From positions 7,564,001-7,628,000 of the forward strand of contig JAWMAR010000085.1 of the NCBI GenBank assembly GCA_036785375.1: DNA of 64,000 bases, written 5' to 3'. This DNA is from Leucoraja ocellata (Eukaryota). The notes beneath the pieces were generated by a model. It was not told where the DNA came from and ran no database searches. It saw nothing but the letters and a program-made list of their open reading frames with translations. Of the stretch, positions 51,405 through 63,489 are shown piece by piece. How positions within the stretch are numbered: the first letter of the stretch is position 1; each line of letters opens with the position of its first letter. A program made the position numbers and the translations under genes.

Positions 51405-51965
51405 TTGAATAGTGAAAGGCCAGGATAGTGTGGATATGGAGAAGGTGTTTCCACTAGTGGGAGAGTCTAGGACCAGAGGGCACAGCCTCGGAATAAAAGA
51501 AAGCTAGACGCAAAATGCTGGAGTAACTCAGCGGGACAAGCAGCATTTTGAGTCGAGACCCTTCATCGACGTCATCCATTCCTTCTCTCCAGTAACTCCC
51601 TGTCCCGCTGAATTGCTCCAGTATTTTGTGTCTACCTTCGATTTAAACCCACATCTGCAGTTCTTTCCTACATACTTAGAATAAAAGGACGTACTGTACC
51701 TTTAGAAAGGTGATGAGGAGAAATGTATTTGGTCAGAGGGTGGTGAGTCTGTGAAATGCATTGGCACAGATGGTTGTGGAGGCCATCAGTGGATATTTTT
51801 AGGGCGGAGATTGACAGATTCTTGATTAGTAAGGTTGCCAGGGGTTATGTAGAGAAGGCGAGAGAATGGGGTTGAGAAGGAAAGATAGATTGGCCATGAT
51901 TGAATGGTGAGGTAACTTGATGGGCCGAATGGCCCAATTCTGTTCCTATAACATGAACTTATGAA
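51405..51965 (+). mobile_element. CR1 3' fragment interrupted by a foldback element (51503-51672)
   Basis: Same sequence type as 797-1160; GAATAAAAG duplicated on both sides of the insert. Confidence 0.8.
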
Positions 51966-52604
51966 CTCTCTACCACACGATTAGCTCTCTCATTGACATT
52001 CAAGAGTTAGGAATGTTTAATTGTCATACATATCAACAACGGGGCAATTAAATTCCAAATTGCGGCAGCTTAATCGGCCCACAAACACAATTGGCTTGGA
52101 TAATATATAATGATTTTTAAAAATTCAATAAATTTATAACAGTAACATTAGTGCAAAAAACCTTAGCGCAAGCAAAGATTGTCCATAAAGGTTCCTTCCA
52201 TTTACTCACCATTCCCAAAACAAAATCCAAAATTACAACCCCCCCCACCTGCATATTTTGAACTTGACGAACGGTTCTGTCCAATCCACGTTCTCCTGGC
52301 CCGCTGAGTTACTCCAGCGATTTGTCTATCCCACATTTGTTAAACTCGGTTACGTACCAACTAAATTAGATCTTGTGAATACAAAAAGAAAACACAAAGT
52401 ACAGGCGTAACTCAAAGGGTCAGGTAGCATCTCTGGATAACACAGACAGGTGACGTTTCGGGTCAGGACCCATCTTCATATCTCATTTCAAAACTCATAA
52501 CCTCATCTTATGATCCATATAACCATATAACCATATAACAATTACAGCACGGAAACAGGCCATCTCGGCCCTACAAGTCCATGCCGAACAAAATGTTTTT
52601 CCCC

Positions 52605-55484
52605 TTAGTCCCACCTGCCTGCACTCATACCATAACCCTCCATTCCCTTCTCATCCATATGCCTATCCAATTTATTTTTAAATGATACCAATGAACCTGC
52701 CTCCACCACTTCCACTGGGAGCTCATTCCACACCACCACCACTCTCTGCATAAAGAAGTTCCCCCTCATATTACCCCTAAACTTCTGTCCCTTAATTCTG
52801 AAGTCATGTCCTCTTGTTTGAATCTTCCCTATTCTCAAAGGGAAAAGCTTGTCCACATCAACTCTGTCTATCCCTTTCATCATTTTAAAGACCACTATCA
52901 GGTCCCCCCTTAACCTTCTGCGCTCCAGAGAATAAAGATCTAACTTATTCAACCTATCTCTGTAACTTAGTTGTTGAAACCCAGGCAACATTCTAGTAAA
53001 TCTCCTCTGTACTCTCTCTATTTTGTTGACATCCTTCCTATAATTGGGCGACCAAAATTGTACACCATACTCCAGATTTGGTCTCACCAATGCCTTGTAC
53101 AATTTTAACATTACATCCCAGCTTCTATACTCAATGCTCTGATTTATAAAGGCTAGCATACCAAAAGCTTTCTTTACCACCCTATCTATATGAGATTCCA
53201 CCTTCAAGGAACTATGCACGGTTATACCCAGATCCCTCTGTTCAACTGTATTCTTCAATTCCCTACCATTTACCATGTACGTCCTATTTTGATTTGTTCT
53301 GCCAAGGTGTAGCACCTCACATTTATCAGCATTAAACTCCATCTGCCATCTTTCAGCCCATTTTTCCAAATGGCCTAAATCATTCTGTAGACTTTGGAAA
53401 TCCTCTTCATTATCCACAACACCCCCTATCTTGGTATCATCTGCATACTTACTAATCCAATTTACCACACCTTCATCCAGATCATTGATGTACATGACAA
53501 ACAACAAAGGACCCAACACAGATCCCTGAGGCACCCCACTAGTCACCTGCCTCCAACCCGATAAACAGCCATCCACCATTACCCTCTGGCTTCTCCCATT
53601 CAGCCACTGTTGAATCCATCTTGCTATTCCTGCATTTATACCCAACAGTTGAACCTTCTTAACCAACCTTCCATGAGGAACCTTGTCAAAGGCCTTACTA
53701 AAGTCCATATAGACAACATCCACTGCTTTACCCTCGTCAATTTCCCTAGTAACCTCTTCAAAAAATTCAAGAAGATTAGTCAAACATGACCTTCCAGGCA
53801 CAAATCCATGTTGACTGTTCCTAATCAGACCCTGTTTATCTAGATGCTTATATATATTATCTCTAAGTATCTTTTCCATTAATTTGCCCACCACTGAAGT
53901 CAAACTAACAGGTCTATAATTGCTAGGTTTACTCTTAGAACCCTTTTTAAACAATGGAACAACATGCGCAGTACGCCAATCCTCGGGGACCATTCCCGTT
54001 TCTAATGACATTTGAAATATTTCTGTCATAGCACCGGCTATTTCTACACTAGCTTCCCTCAATGTCCTAGGGAATATCCTGTCAGGACCTGGAGACTTAT
54101 CCACTTTTATATTTTTCAAAAGTGTCAGTACTTCTTTTACTTTGAACCTCATAGTATCCATAGCTACTCTACTAGTTTCCCTTACCTCACATAATTCAAT
54201 ATCCTTCTCCTTGGTGAATACCGAAGAAAAAAAATTGTTCAATATCTCCCCCATCTCTTTTGGCTCTGCAGATAGCTGTCCACTCTTTCTCTCCAATGGA
54301 CCAATTTTATCCCTCCTTATCCTTTTGCTATTAATATAGCTGTAGAAACCCTTTGGATTGACTTTCACCTTACTTGCCAAAGCAACCTCGTATCTTCTTT
54401 TAGCTTTTCTAATTTCTTTCTTAAGATTCTTTTTACATTCCTTATACTCCTCAAGCACCTCATTTACTTCATGCTGCCTATAATTATTGTAGATCTCCCT
54501 CTTTTTCCGAACAAGATGTCCAATTTCCCTTGAAAACCAGGGCTCTTTCCAATTTTTACTGTTTCCTTTCCACCGAACAGGAACATAAAGATTCTGTACT
54601 CTTAAAATTTCCCCTTTAAATGTCCTCCATTTCTCTTCTACATCTTTCCCATAAAACAAAATGTCCCAGTTCACTCCTTTTAAATCATCTCGCATCGCAT
54701 CAAAGTTAGCCTTTCTCCAATCAAAAATCTCAACCCTAGGTCCAGTTCTGACCGTCTCCATAATTATATTGAAACTAATGGTATTGTGATCACTGGACCC
54801 GAAGTGCTCCCCGACGCATACCTCCGCCACCTGTCCCGTCTCATTTCCTAACAGAAGGTCCAGCACTGCCCCTCCTCTAGTAGGTACCTCTATGTATTGC
54901 TGCAAAAAACTATCCTGCACACATTTTACAAACTCCAACCCATCCAGCCCATTTACAGAATGTGTTTCCCAGTCTATGTGTGGAAAGTTGAAATCTCCCA
55001 CAATCACTACCTTGTGCTTACTACTAATCTCTGCTATCTCCTTACATATTTGCTCTTCCAATTCTCGTTCCCCGTTTGGCGGTCTATAATACACCCCTAT
55101 AAGTGTTGCTACACCTTTCCCACTTCTCAATTCCACCCAAATAGCCTCCCTAGATGAGCCCTCCAATCTATCCTGCCAAAGCACTGCTGTAATATCTTCC
55201 CTGACTAGCAATGCAACACCTCCACCTCTTGCCCCTCCAATTCTATCACACCTGAAGCAACGAAATCCTGGAATATTTAGTTTCGAATCACAGCCCTCCT
55301 GCAACCACGTTTCACTGATCGCCACAACATCATACTTCCAGGTGTCTATCCAGACTCTAAGCTCATCCACCTTTCTTACAATGCTCCTAGCATTAAAATA
55401 TGCACATTTAAGAAAACCCCCGTCTCCTATTCTCTGTTTATTTCCTTTTTTTTCTTTCTCCTCTTGTATCCGAGTGCTTCCCAT
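52605..55484 (-). CDS. CR1 ORF2p: APE endonuclease plus reverse transcriptase
   Basis: FNARS, ISETW, GDFNFP and SDHN (APE); DFSKAFD, GVPQGSVLGP and YADD (RT); first AUG after the ORF1 stop is at 55484, frame open to 55733. Confidence 0.95.
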   Translation of the reverse strand: MGSTRIQEEKEKKGNKQRIGDGGFLKCAYFNARSIVRKVDELRVWIDTWKYDVVAISETWLQEGCDSKLNIPGFRCFRCDRIGGARGGGVALLVREDITAVLWQDRLEGSSREAIWVELRSGKGVATLIGVYYRPPNGERELEEQICKEIAEISSKHKVVIVGDFNFPHIDWETHSVNGLDGLEFVKCVQDSFLQQYIEVPTRGGAVLDLLLGNETGQVAEVCVGEHFGSSDHNTISFNIIMETVRTGPRVEIFDWRKANFDAMRDDLKGVNWDILFYGKDVEEKWRTFKGEILRVQNLYVPVRWKGNSKNWKEPWFSREIGHLVRKKREIYNNYRQHEVNEVLEEYKECKKNLKKEIRKAKRRYEVALASKVKVNPKGFYSYINSKRIRRDKIGPLERKSGQLSAEPKEMGEILNNFFSSVFTKEKDIELCEVRETSRVAMDTMRFKVKEVLTLLKNIKVDKSPGPDRIFPRTLREASVEIAGAMTEIFQMSLETGMVPEDWRTAHVVPLFKKGSKSKPSNYRPVSLTSVVGKLMEKILRDNIYKHLDKQGLIRNSQHGFVPGRSCLTNLLEFFEEVTREIDEGKAVDVVYMDFSKAFDKVPHGRLVKKVQLLGINAGIARWIQQWLNGRSQRVMVDGCLSGWRQVTSGVPQGSVLGPLLFVMYINDLDEGVVNWISKYADDTKIGGVVDNEEDFQSLQNDLGHLEKWAERWQMEFNADKCEVLHLGRTNQNRTYMVNGRELKNTVEQRDLGITVHSSLKVESHIDRVVKKAFGMLAFINQSIEYRSWDVMLKLYKALVRPNLEYGVQFWSPNYRKDVNKIERVQRRFTRMLPGFQQLSYRDRLNKLDLYSLERRRLRGDLIVVFKMMKGIDRVDVDKLFPLRIGKIQTRGHDFRIKGQKFRGNMRGNFFMQRVVVVWNELPVEVVEAGSLVSFKNKLDRHMDEKGMEGYGMSAGRWD

Positions 55485-55549
55485 TTCTGCTTCCTGCCTC
55501 CCATTCTGTCTACTACCTTTCGCTATTTGAGTCCCTCGCCCCAACCATT

Positions 55550-56482
55550 CTAGTTTAAAGTCTCCCCAGCTGCCTTTGCAAATTTCCCCGCTAGGATATT
55601 GGTCCCCCTCGGGTTCAAGTGCAACCCATCCTTTCTGTACAGGTCCCACCTTCCCCAAAAGAAGTCCCAATGATCCAGGAACTTGAATCCCTGCCCTCTG
55701 CACCAGTCTTTCAGCCACGCATTTATCCTCCACCTCGCTCCATTCCTACTCTCACTGTCGCGTGACACAGGCAGTAATCCTGAGATTGTTACCTTTTTGG
55801 TCCTTTTTCTTAACTCTCCTCCCAACTCCCTAAATCCTCCCTTCAGGACCTCTTCCCTTTTTTTTCCTATGTCATTGGTACCTATATGTACCACGACCTC
55901 AGGCTCCTCTCCCTCTGATTTAAGGATATCTTGGATGCGTTGAGACACGTCCGAGACCTTGGCACCAGGGAGGCAGACCACCATCCTGGTCTCCCGACTG
56001 CGTCCACAGAATCGCCTATCCGACCCCCTAACAATAGAGTCCCCAATTACTATTGCCCTCTTTTTTTCCATACCTTTTGGAGCAACAGGGCCGGTCTCTG
56101 TGCTGGAGGCCAGTCCGCTGTCACTACCCCCGGGTAGGCTGTCACCCCCATCCGTACTCAAACAGGAGTACTTATTTGCGAGGTGTACCGACATTGGAGT
56201 ACTCACTCGTTCCTGCCTCTGCCCCTTGCCCTTCCTTAACGTGACCCACATGTCTCTCTCCCGTGGTTTTGGAGTGACCACCTCTCTATAACTCCCCTCT
56301 ATGACCTCCTCACTCTCCCTGATCAGAGCGAGGTCATCGAGCTGCTGCTCCAGGATCCTAATACGGTCCCTTAGGAGCCCCATCTCGCTGTACCTGGTGC
56401 AGATGTGGACGTCTGGAGGGCCATCCGACACCATGACCTCCCACATCTGACATCCCGAACAGTATACTGCTCTGACTGTCAT
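55550..56482 (-). CDS. CR1 ORF1p: N-terminal zinc-finger-like segment, coiled coil and SGNH/GDSL esterase domain
   Basis: CSGC..ICTRY, heptad LRDRIRILEQQL, VIGDSIVR, HIGTND, DGLHL motifs. Confidence 0.93.
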   Translation of the reverse strand: MTVRAVYCSGCQMWEVMVSDGPPDVHICTRYSEMGLLRDRIRILEQQLDDLALIRESEEVIEGSYREVVTPKPRERDMWVTLRKGKGQRQERVSTPMSVHLANKYSCLSTDGGDSLPGGSDSGLASSTETGPVAPKGMEKKRAIVIGDSIVRGSDRRFCGRSRETRMVVCLPGAKVSDVSQRIQDILKSEGEEPEVVVHIGTNDIGKKREEVLKGGFRELGGELRKRTKKVTISGLLPVSRDSESRNGARWRINAWLKDWCRGQGFKFLDHWDFFWGRWDLYRKDGLHLNPRGTNILAGKFAKAAGETLN

Positions 56483-58284
56483 TCTCCCGCCTTACCCTGG
56501 ATCTGATACCAGTATAATACAATAGAAACTGCTGGGAGAAATCAGCAGGTATCTGACTCACAACAGCTGCTCCCTCGTGACCTTTAAACTGCACCTTTAT
56601 TATATAAACAAAAAGCACTGTTCCTTTAGCCCACTGTACCCTTGGCTCACTGTACCTTTACTAAAGCACTGCACCTTTAACCCACTGTACCCTTGTTGTA
56701 TTATCCTCCTGTTGTATTATCCCTGCCCACAGCTATCATCGTTTCTTTAACTAATATTACCCCACACTTTTCTTTAATCCCTTTCTCTGTCCAGAAATTG
56801 TACCTTCCTGTTCCCCTTAAAAGCACAATTCTATAATTGCCTTAATATCACACTTTGAAATGTCTTATTTTGTCCCTTCCTTATGTACCGAATTCCCTCC
56901 ATTTGAGTCGATCCCATTAACACAGCTGGATTCCCTTTCAGAATATTTTCATTGAAAGATGCAGCATGGAAACAGGCCAACACCGATCACCCGACCACAC
57001 TATTTGTATGTTATTCCACTTTCTCATCCACTCCCTACACATTAGGGGCAATTTAGAGAGGGCCAATCAACCTACAAACCCGCACATCTTAGAGATATGG
57101 AAGCAAACCGGAGCACCTGGAGGAAACCCACGCGGTCACGGGGAGAACGTGCAAAATCCACACAGAGACGGAACCCATGTCAGGATTGAACCCGGATCTG
57201 GTGCTGTGAGGCAGAGGCTCTACCAGCTGTGCCACTGTGCCATCCAATTTTGTTTTCTTTGCCTTTCAACTTGTTGTTGTACAATTCTTTAATCAATTAA
57301 ATTATTGAAGGGTTTATACTGGGGAAAAATATATATTTTGGCAATACAAGAAATCTTGCAGGCATTAACTTCACTGTGCATCAGTCTCAGCTAAGACGGT
57401 GTCTGCTACTAACAGTTACACATTGATCAGTTTAATGAGCTACGCCTTGTATTTCAAATTACATCATCCGGTTGACAACATACGTTAATATAGAAGGGTG
57501 ATAATTCCAGAGGTGCTTGTTAAATGATTCATAAATCTGTAGGCTATGTAAAACCCTGCAGGCATCTCCCTAACTTCGAAGCAACATTCAAATCATAATG
57601 GCAGAATTCACATGCGCCACAGTTATTCTCAATGTCAGCGAAGAACTATTTATTTAAAAACATTCTGGAAAGCTGACATTCTGGTCTACACCATTCTCTT
57701 TATTCTGCTGCCTTTTGTCTCAACACTTTTAAGCTTGTGTCATTCTGCTACACTTCTGTCTCCAGAAGCACTTTCTATTTTCTATCCGATCTTTTTGCTT
57801 TGTTTATGTCCTATTTATGTAAAACAGCACTTTTGCATCTGAGCCGGGTTAATTAGACCAGAATGCCGTTTTCAATCAACATTTATCTTCATCTTTCCCC
57901 TCTTTTTTTAATCTTCAAGTGGTATCAAGTAGCCAATTAAATATCTGTATTGTGCATTCATGTTTCTTGGTAATATACATCCCTTCAAAGAAGTTGTGAT
58001 TTCTGAGTCAAAATTCTCATTTATTTCACATTAGTTCTTTGAGTTGCAGAGTAGGAAGAATAGTCAACAAATAATTTATAACATCAGCTCCAATCTTTCA
58101 TGCATTGTGATTATGGATCATACTGGGGCACTACATTTGCTTGTGATCTCCATTACAGACTCTCTCGGGTAGAGTCGCTGCCTCACAGCGCCAGAGAATC
58201 GGGTTTGATCCTGACCTCGGGTGCTGTCTCTGTGTGAGTAGTTTAGGGGATGGCAGGGGGGAGGGAGCGGGGTGTTTGTACAAG

Positions 58285-58544
58285 TTACTTAAAATTGGAG
58301 AATTCAACATTCATACCACTGGGTTGTAAGCTACCCAAGCGAAATATGAGGTGCTGTTCTTCCTATTTGCATGTGGGTTCACTCTGGCAATGGAGGAGGC
58401 CCAGGACAGAAAGGTCTGTGTGGGAATGGGACAGGGAGTTTAAATAGTTGGCAACTGGGAGATGCCCTAGGCCTTGACGGACCGAGCGTAAGTGTTTGTC
58501 AAAATGGTTGCCGAGTCTACGATTGTTATCGCCGATGTACAGGA
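58285..58544 (-). mobile_element. Penelope-like element fragment: GIY-YIG endonuclease C-terminus
   Basis: Manual translation LYIGDNNRRLGNHFDKHLRSV..LPVANYLNS..HSHTDLSVLGL..*EEQHLIFRLGSLQPSGMNVEF. Confidence 0.88.
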
Positions 58545-59589
58545 TGCAGGAGCTGCTGAGGATCCCTTAATGGAGTCGAGGGAGGATGTAGCACAAAGTC
58601 CTTCAAAGACAGAAGATCACCATATCAGGAGTGGAAGGAACCAAATTCCTTGTTTCCCAGATGGTGTCCCATTGATTGAAAGATACAGCATGGAAACGGA
58701 CCCTTCGGCCCACCAACCAACGATAGACACAAAGTATTGGAGTAACTCAATGGGTCAGGCAGCATCTCTGGAGAAAAAGGATGTGTGACATTTCGAGTCA
58801 GGACCCCTCTTCAGGCATCTGACCCAAAACTTCACACATTTATTTCTCCAGAGATGCTGCCTGACCTGCTGAGTTAATTTGTGTCTATGTTTGGTAGAAA
58901 CCAGCATCTGCAGTTCCTTGGTTCTATCTTTGATCCACCGAATCCACGCCAGCCATCGATCACCTGTACACACTGTTTCTATGTTATCCGACACTTGCAT
59001 CCACTCCCTACACAGTAGGGACAATTTTACAGAGGGCCAATACAAACCTGCATGTCTTTGCGATGTGGGAGGACATGGGAACACCCGGAGAAAACCCACA
59101 CGTTCACAGGGAGATGGTGCAAACTCCGCACAGACAGGACCATTCCTGGACCCTCGAATACAGGTATCATTCTGGTAAAAAAATTAGAGTGGCACAGAAG
59201 AGGTATAAAGAGTTGAATAACATTATGCTAGGGAGTAGCACAGTGGTACTACTCCTTTTGAAGTTGCTTTGTAAGATCCTTAAAAATAGCAGCATGGTTT
59301 ATCTCTTTAATGCTGTGAATAATATGCAAATTATATAGAACCTAGCAGAGGGTACATTTATTTCCTTGACAACCAGTGTTTGGTGATATTATTGGTTACA
59401 CAGTGTATTGTTCTGCTCAATGATGTGAGGGATGTTTGTTCCCAGAAATAGAAGAATTTACTATTTTCTTTCCACCTATTATAACATCACAGTTCCAAAA
59501 TGTAGGTAAATGTACTTGCTCCATTACAGCCTGTTTGACTGAAATATGCTGCCAGGGTATGTAGTGGAGGCAGATGCGATAATGGCGTT

Positions 59590-59875
59590 TAGACATTAGA
59601 GATACAGTGTGGAAACAGGCCCACCAAGTCCAGGCCGATCAGCGCTCACTCACCCAGTAAACTAACACAATCTTACACACTAGGGCACACAATTTTACCG
59701 AAGCCAATTAACCTACAAACCTGTACGTCTTTGGAGTGTGCGAGGAAACCGGAGCAGCCGGAGAAAACCCACGTGGTCACAGGGAGAACGTGCAAACTCC
59801 ACGCAGACAGCACCTGTAGTCAGGATCAAACCCGGGTCTCTGGCGCTGTAAGGCACAACTCTACCGCTGCACCAC
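59590..59875 (-). mobile_element. HE1-like SINE
   Basis: Reverse-complement match. Confidence 0.85.
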
Positions 59876-60274
59876 ATTGGCACCATATTTAAAAGACTTG
59901 GATAGGCACATGGATATACAGGGAATGGAGGGATATGGATCACGTGCAGGCAGGGTAGATTACTTCAACTTGGCATCATGTTCGGTATGGACATTGTGGG
60001 CCGAATAGCCCGTTCCTGTGCTGTGCTGTTCTATGATCTATATTCTTTGTTCCAAATATTTAGTTTAGCTGAACAGATACAACATTTGTTGATTAACTCA
60101 GCCCCCCGCCAATCTTGCCTCTCACCAGTTTGGTCCCTGGGTGTCATGTTTGTGAATGTTCTTGGCAGCGTTGGAGGTGGGCGGGCACATTGTCCACTGT
60201 GGCCCCGTTAGGGATAAAGGGGATCTATGTCCAACAAAGCAACTAACACCACACCTGACGTAAATTCATGTTGT

Positions 60275-60730
60275 AGGAGTGGAATTAGGCCATTTGGCCC
60301 ATCAAGTCTACTCTGCCATTCAATCATGGCGGATCTATCTTTCTCCCTTCTCCACCTTAACAAATCCATTGACGTGGCATCCACAGCTGTCTGTGGCAAT
60401 GAATTCCACAGATTCACTACCCTCTAACCACAGAAATTCCTCCTCGTGTCCTGTCTACAGGAATGTATTATTATTCTGAGGCTGTGCCCTCTGGTCCGAG
60501 ACTCTCCCACTACGGGAAACAGCCTCTCCACACTCACAATATCCAGACCTTTCACTGTTCCGTACGTTTCAATGAGGTCCCCCTCTTCCTTCTAAACTCC
60601 AGCGAGTACAAGCCCAGTGCCGTCAAACGCTCATCATATGTTAACCCAATTATCCCCAGGGTCATTCTCGTAAATCTCCTCTGGACCTTCTCAACACCAG
60701 TACATCCTTCCTCAGATATGGGGCACAAAA
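60275..60730 (-). mobile_element. CR1 3' fragment
   Basis: EKVQRRFTRM..LTYDERLTALGLYSLEFRR. Confidence 0.82.
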
Positions 60731-60984
60731 GTGTGTTTTGCAAGCTATCCAAACAGATATACCATACATGTGTACATCATCATTGCCTGTTCGTTCCCTC
60801 CACTGATCCTGCTGATTTCCTCCAGCGCTTTGTGTTTTGCTCATAGTTCTGTACCATTGATGTTTATTTTATTTCAACTTGAAATGTTCAGCAAAGGGGA
60901 AATAAAAAAATCACTTTAGTTCCTCTCTTTATTCCTTCCAGCCTTCGGGAGCCACACGCAGCACAGTGCAGCTCACAGCATATG

Positions 60985-61330
60985 TTTCCTTTGTCTCTCT
61001 CTCTCTCTCTCCCTCCCTTGTGTTCAACACTAGCTTCTCCAAGCTCTCCCTACCTCTGAATGCTTATTGATTTTTGTATCTGTACCTCTCTATCTTCACT
61101 CTGCCCTTTCCCACTTAACATCCATTAATCTGCCCATCCCTTTAGCTCTATGTCTCCTCCCTTCCATTATCCCACCCTCCCTTCCCCTCTCTCCCTCCCG
61201 TCCTCTGCATCCATCCCTCTCCCTCCCCCCTACTTTCGCATCCCTCTTCATATCTCTCTCTCTCGCTCTCTCTTTCTTATCCCTCCCTCCCTCTCCATCT
61301 ATTCCTCCTCCTCCTCTCTCTCTCAAGGCT
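60985..61330. repeat. Polypyrimidine/CT-rich low-complexity tract upstream of the promoter
   Basis: (CT)n and CCCT-rich runs. Confidence 0.8.
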
Positions 61331-61339
61331 TGAACAACC

Positions 61340-61490
61340 CACCTTTCCGCCCACTATTGGACGTCGAGATCCCACCTCCTTTTCTCTTCCACTCACTGCA
61401 TCCATTCCGTCTGCTTCTGGGGCGGATCTGTCGCCTTGTTTTGAACCACCCCAGCCTATAAAGCGAGAGCCTGTGTGTTTCCAGTGTAGC
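61340..61490 (+). promoter_or_regulatory. Pol II promoter: GC boxes (61347-61352, 61419-61425), inverted CCAAT (61356-61360), TATAAA (61457-61462)
   Basis: Clustered core motifs in TE-free, CpG-containing sequence about 250 bp upstream of a signal-peptide exon. Confidence 0.65.
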
Positions 61491-61713
61491 CAAGTAGTCG
61501 GTGGGATGACCGTGCCGCGCTGAGAAGCTCTCGGAAATGTACCTGGCTTTAACCTTACTTCAAGCCATCCCACTGCCCTCGACTCAACACCTCCCCCTCT
61601 CTAGTAGCCTTGACCCTGGGAGCTCCACACTGCGCGAAGACTGGATAGTTGTGTGAGACAACCCGGGCTGTAACGTGTTGGTGAGAGCAAATGCTTTTCA
61701 GGCGGTTGCAACA

Positions 61714-61753
61714 ATGAAGTGCATTCCCATCCAGTTGGTCGCGTTGCTTTTGG
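61714..61753 (+). CDS. IGSF3: First coding (signal peptide) exon, MKCIPIQLVALLL-G, probably IGSF3; gene continues beyond the window
   Basis: acaATG Kozak context, hydrophobic leader, phase-1 G|GTGAGT donor; recalled human IGSF3 begins MKCFFPVLSCLAVL-G; lies next to an EWI paralogue. Only 13 codons, so identity is tentative. Confidence 0.6.
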
Positions 61754-62445
61754 GTGAGTCGTGTCCATTCTCTCTTTAACCGCTGTCGTGAATTGTTATT
61801 GAGATTAACTGCTGAGATGAATCAAAAAGTAGAGGCTAGGAGTTTGCGGTCTACTGTGATTTTTGTGTGTGTGTGTTTTTGAATGTGTTTGGGGGAGGGG
61901 AATGGGATCTTTAAGTGTCTTCAGAGGTCCTCTGATGAACTTGTGACTGTTTGTTTGGAAATTGACATTATTTAACTGCACACGATATTAAAACTGAATT
62001 GAATAATCGAATATGTTTTTTATTAGCCAAGTGTGTATACATACAAGCAATTTGCCTTGGTGCTTTGCTCGCAAATAGCAACACGATATACAGTAGTAGA
62101 CAATTCAAACTAAAACATTATGATTTAAACATGTGAAGAATTAAATAAAATACCAGAGCACAAAATGCAGCGTTGGAAAGGTTGAACATGTTTTGAACAA
62201 TGTGTTGGGTATTTTCCTGGCGGAGATTCATAGATTCTTGATGAATAAACGTGTCAATGGTTATGGGGAGCAGGCAAGAGAATGTGGTGGAGAGGGAAAG
62301 ATAGATCAGCCATGGTTGAATGGTGATGTAGACTGGATGGGCCGAATGGCCTAATTCTGCTCCTATGTTTTATGAGCTTATGAAAATTCAATCGATCTCA
62401 GGAGTGGTTTCAATCTGGCTCCTGGGTACAAAACAAACAATATTT

Positions 62446-62690
62446 GTGTAGGGAGGAACTGCAGATGCTGGTTCCTCTTACACCGAAGACAGACACAAAA
62501 TGTTGGAGTAACTCAGTGGGACAGGCAGCATCTCTGGAGAAAAGGAATAGGTGGTGTTTTGGATCAAGACCCTTCTTCAGACTGAGAGTCAGGGGAGTCA
62601 GCCTGAAGAAAGGTCCTGACCTGAAACTCCACCTAATTGTTTTTCTCCAGAGATGCTGCCTGACCCGCTGAGTCATTCTGTGTCTATCTT
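62446..62690. mobile_element. Foldback element
   Basis: Inverted arms with CTTCTTCAGAC / CTGAAGAAAGG centre. Confidence 0.78.
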
Positions 62691-63489
62691 TGAGTATTTG
62701 AGCCAGATTTTTGCATAAATGAGCCATTTAACTGGTAGTTTTAGTGAACGCCACACTTGTATCTTGCTCTCATCAGACAGTGAAGATGTTTTTATCCCCT
62801 TAATCACTAATAGCCCTTGATAGAACTAGTGATATTCATGCTCGGTGGGTTAGCGTTGTGTTTAAGATCTGCCTGTTTGTTTACACGGCCCATCTGGACT
62901 GATATCAGATGGGGTTAATTAATTCAGTTTAAATTGTCTAGGTGTGTATGAAGCTTATTGAATTATGATCACCGTTCCTTGCTTTGTAAATGGTGAGTGC
63001 TTTGAGAATATCACTTTAGGTACAGCTTTAGAATCAAGGGAACACTAGACTCATTCTACACAATGAGCGTCTGAAGAAGAGTCTGGACCTGAAACGTCAC
63101 CTATTCCTTTTCTCCAGAAGTCCTGCTGACTTACTCCAGCTTTTTGTGTCTATCTTCAATCTAAACCAGCATCTGCAATTCCTCCCTACACATTTTATCT
63201 ATTCCATGAGATTCGGTCTTCAATATCCTCTGATCTCAATTTAAGCTGTACACACAGTTGTACAATTTATGACCATAATAAGACATAGGAGCAGAATGAT
63301 GCCATGCATCCCAACAAGTCGGCTCCTATGTTCAATCATGGCTGATCTATCTTCCCTCACAACCCCATCCTCCAGCCTTATCCATGTAACCTTTGATGCC
63401 CTTCCTAATCAAGATAAAAATCCTCCTGGATTTATTTGAAATTATTCCTTTAGCATATTTTGATTTTTGGTTTGTATCCCAATAACATT

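Larger units (their letters stand above)
52515..56722 (-). mobile_element. Full-length CR1 (HER1-like) LINE with both ORFs open
   Basis: ORF1 and ORF2 uninterrupted, 8-bp tail repeat (AACCATAT on +), 5'UTR with short direct repeats; 5' boundary approximate. Confidence 0.95.

Noticed and set aside
52507-52516. TSD for the full-length CR1 (TATGATCC vs TATTATCC)
   Set aside because: Imperfect and overlapping the tail repeat; cannot be called confidently
55485-55733. N-terminal 83-aa extension of CR1 ORF2 in the ORF track
   Set aside because: It overlaps ORF1, begins at a non-AUG codon and has no domain; the first AUG is at 55484 (non-canonical initiation not excluded)
61067-61573. Pro/Ser-rich and Gly/Arg/Glu-rich ORFs near the promoter
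   Set aside because: Low-complexity CT tract lacking stops by composition
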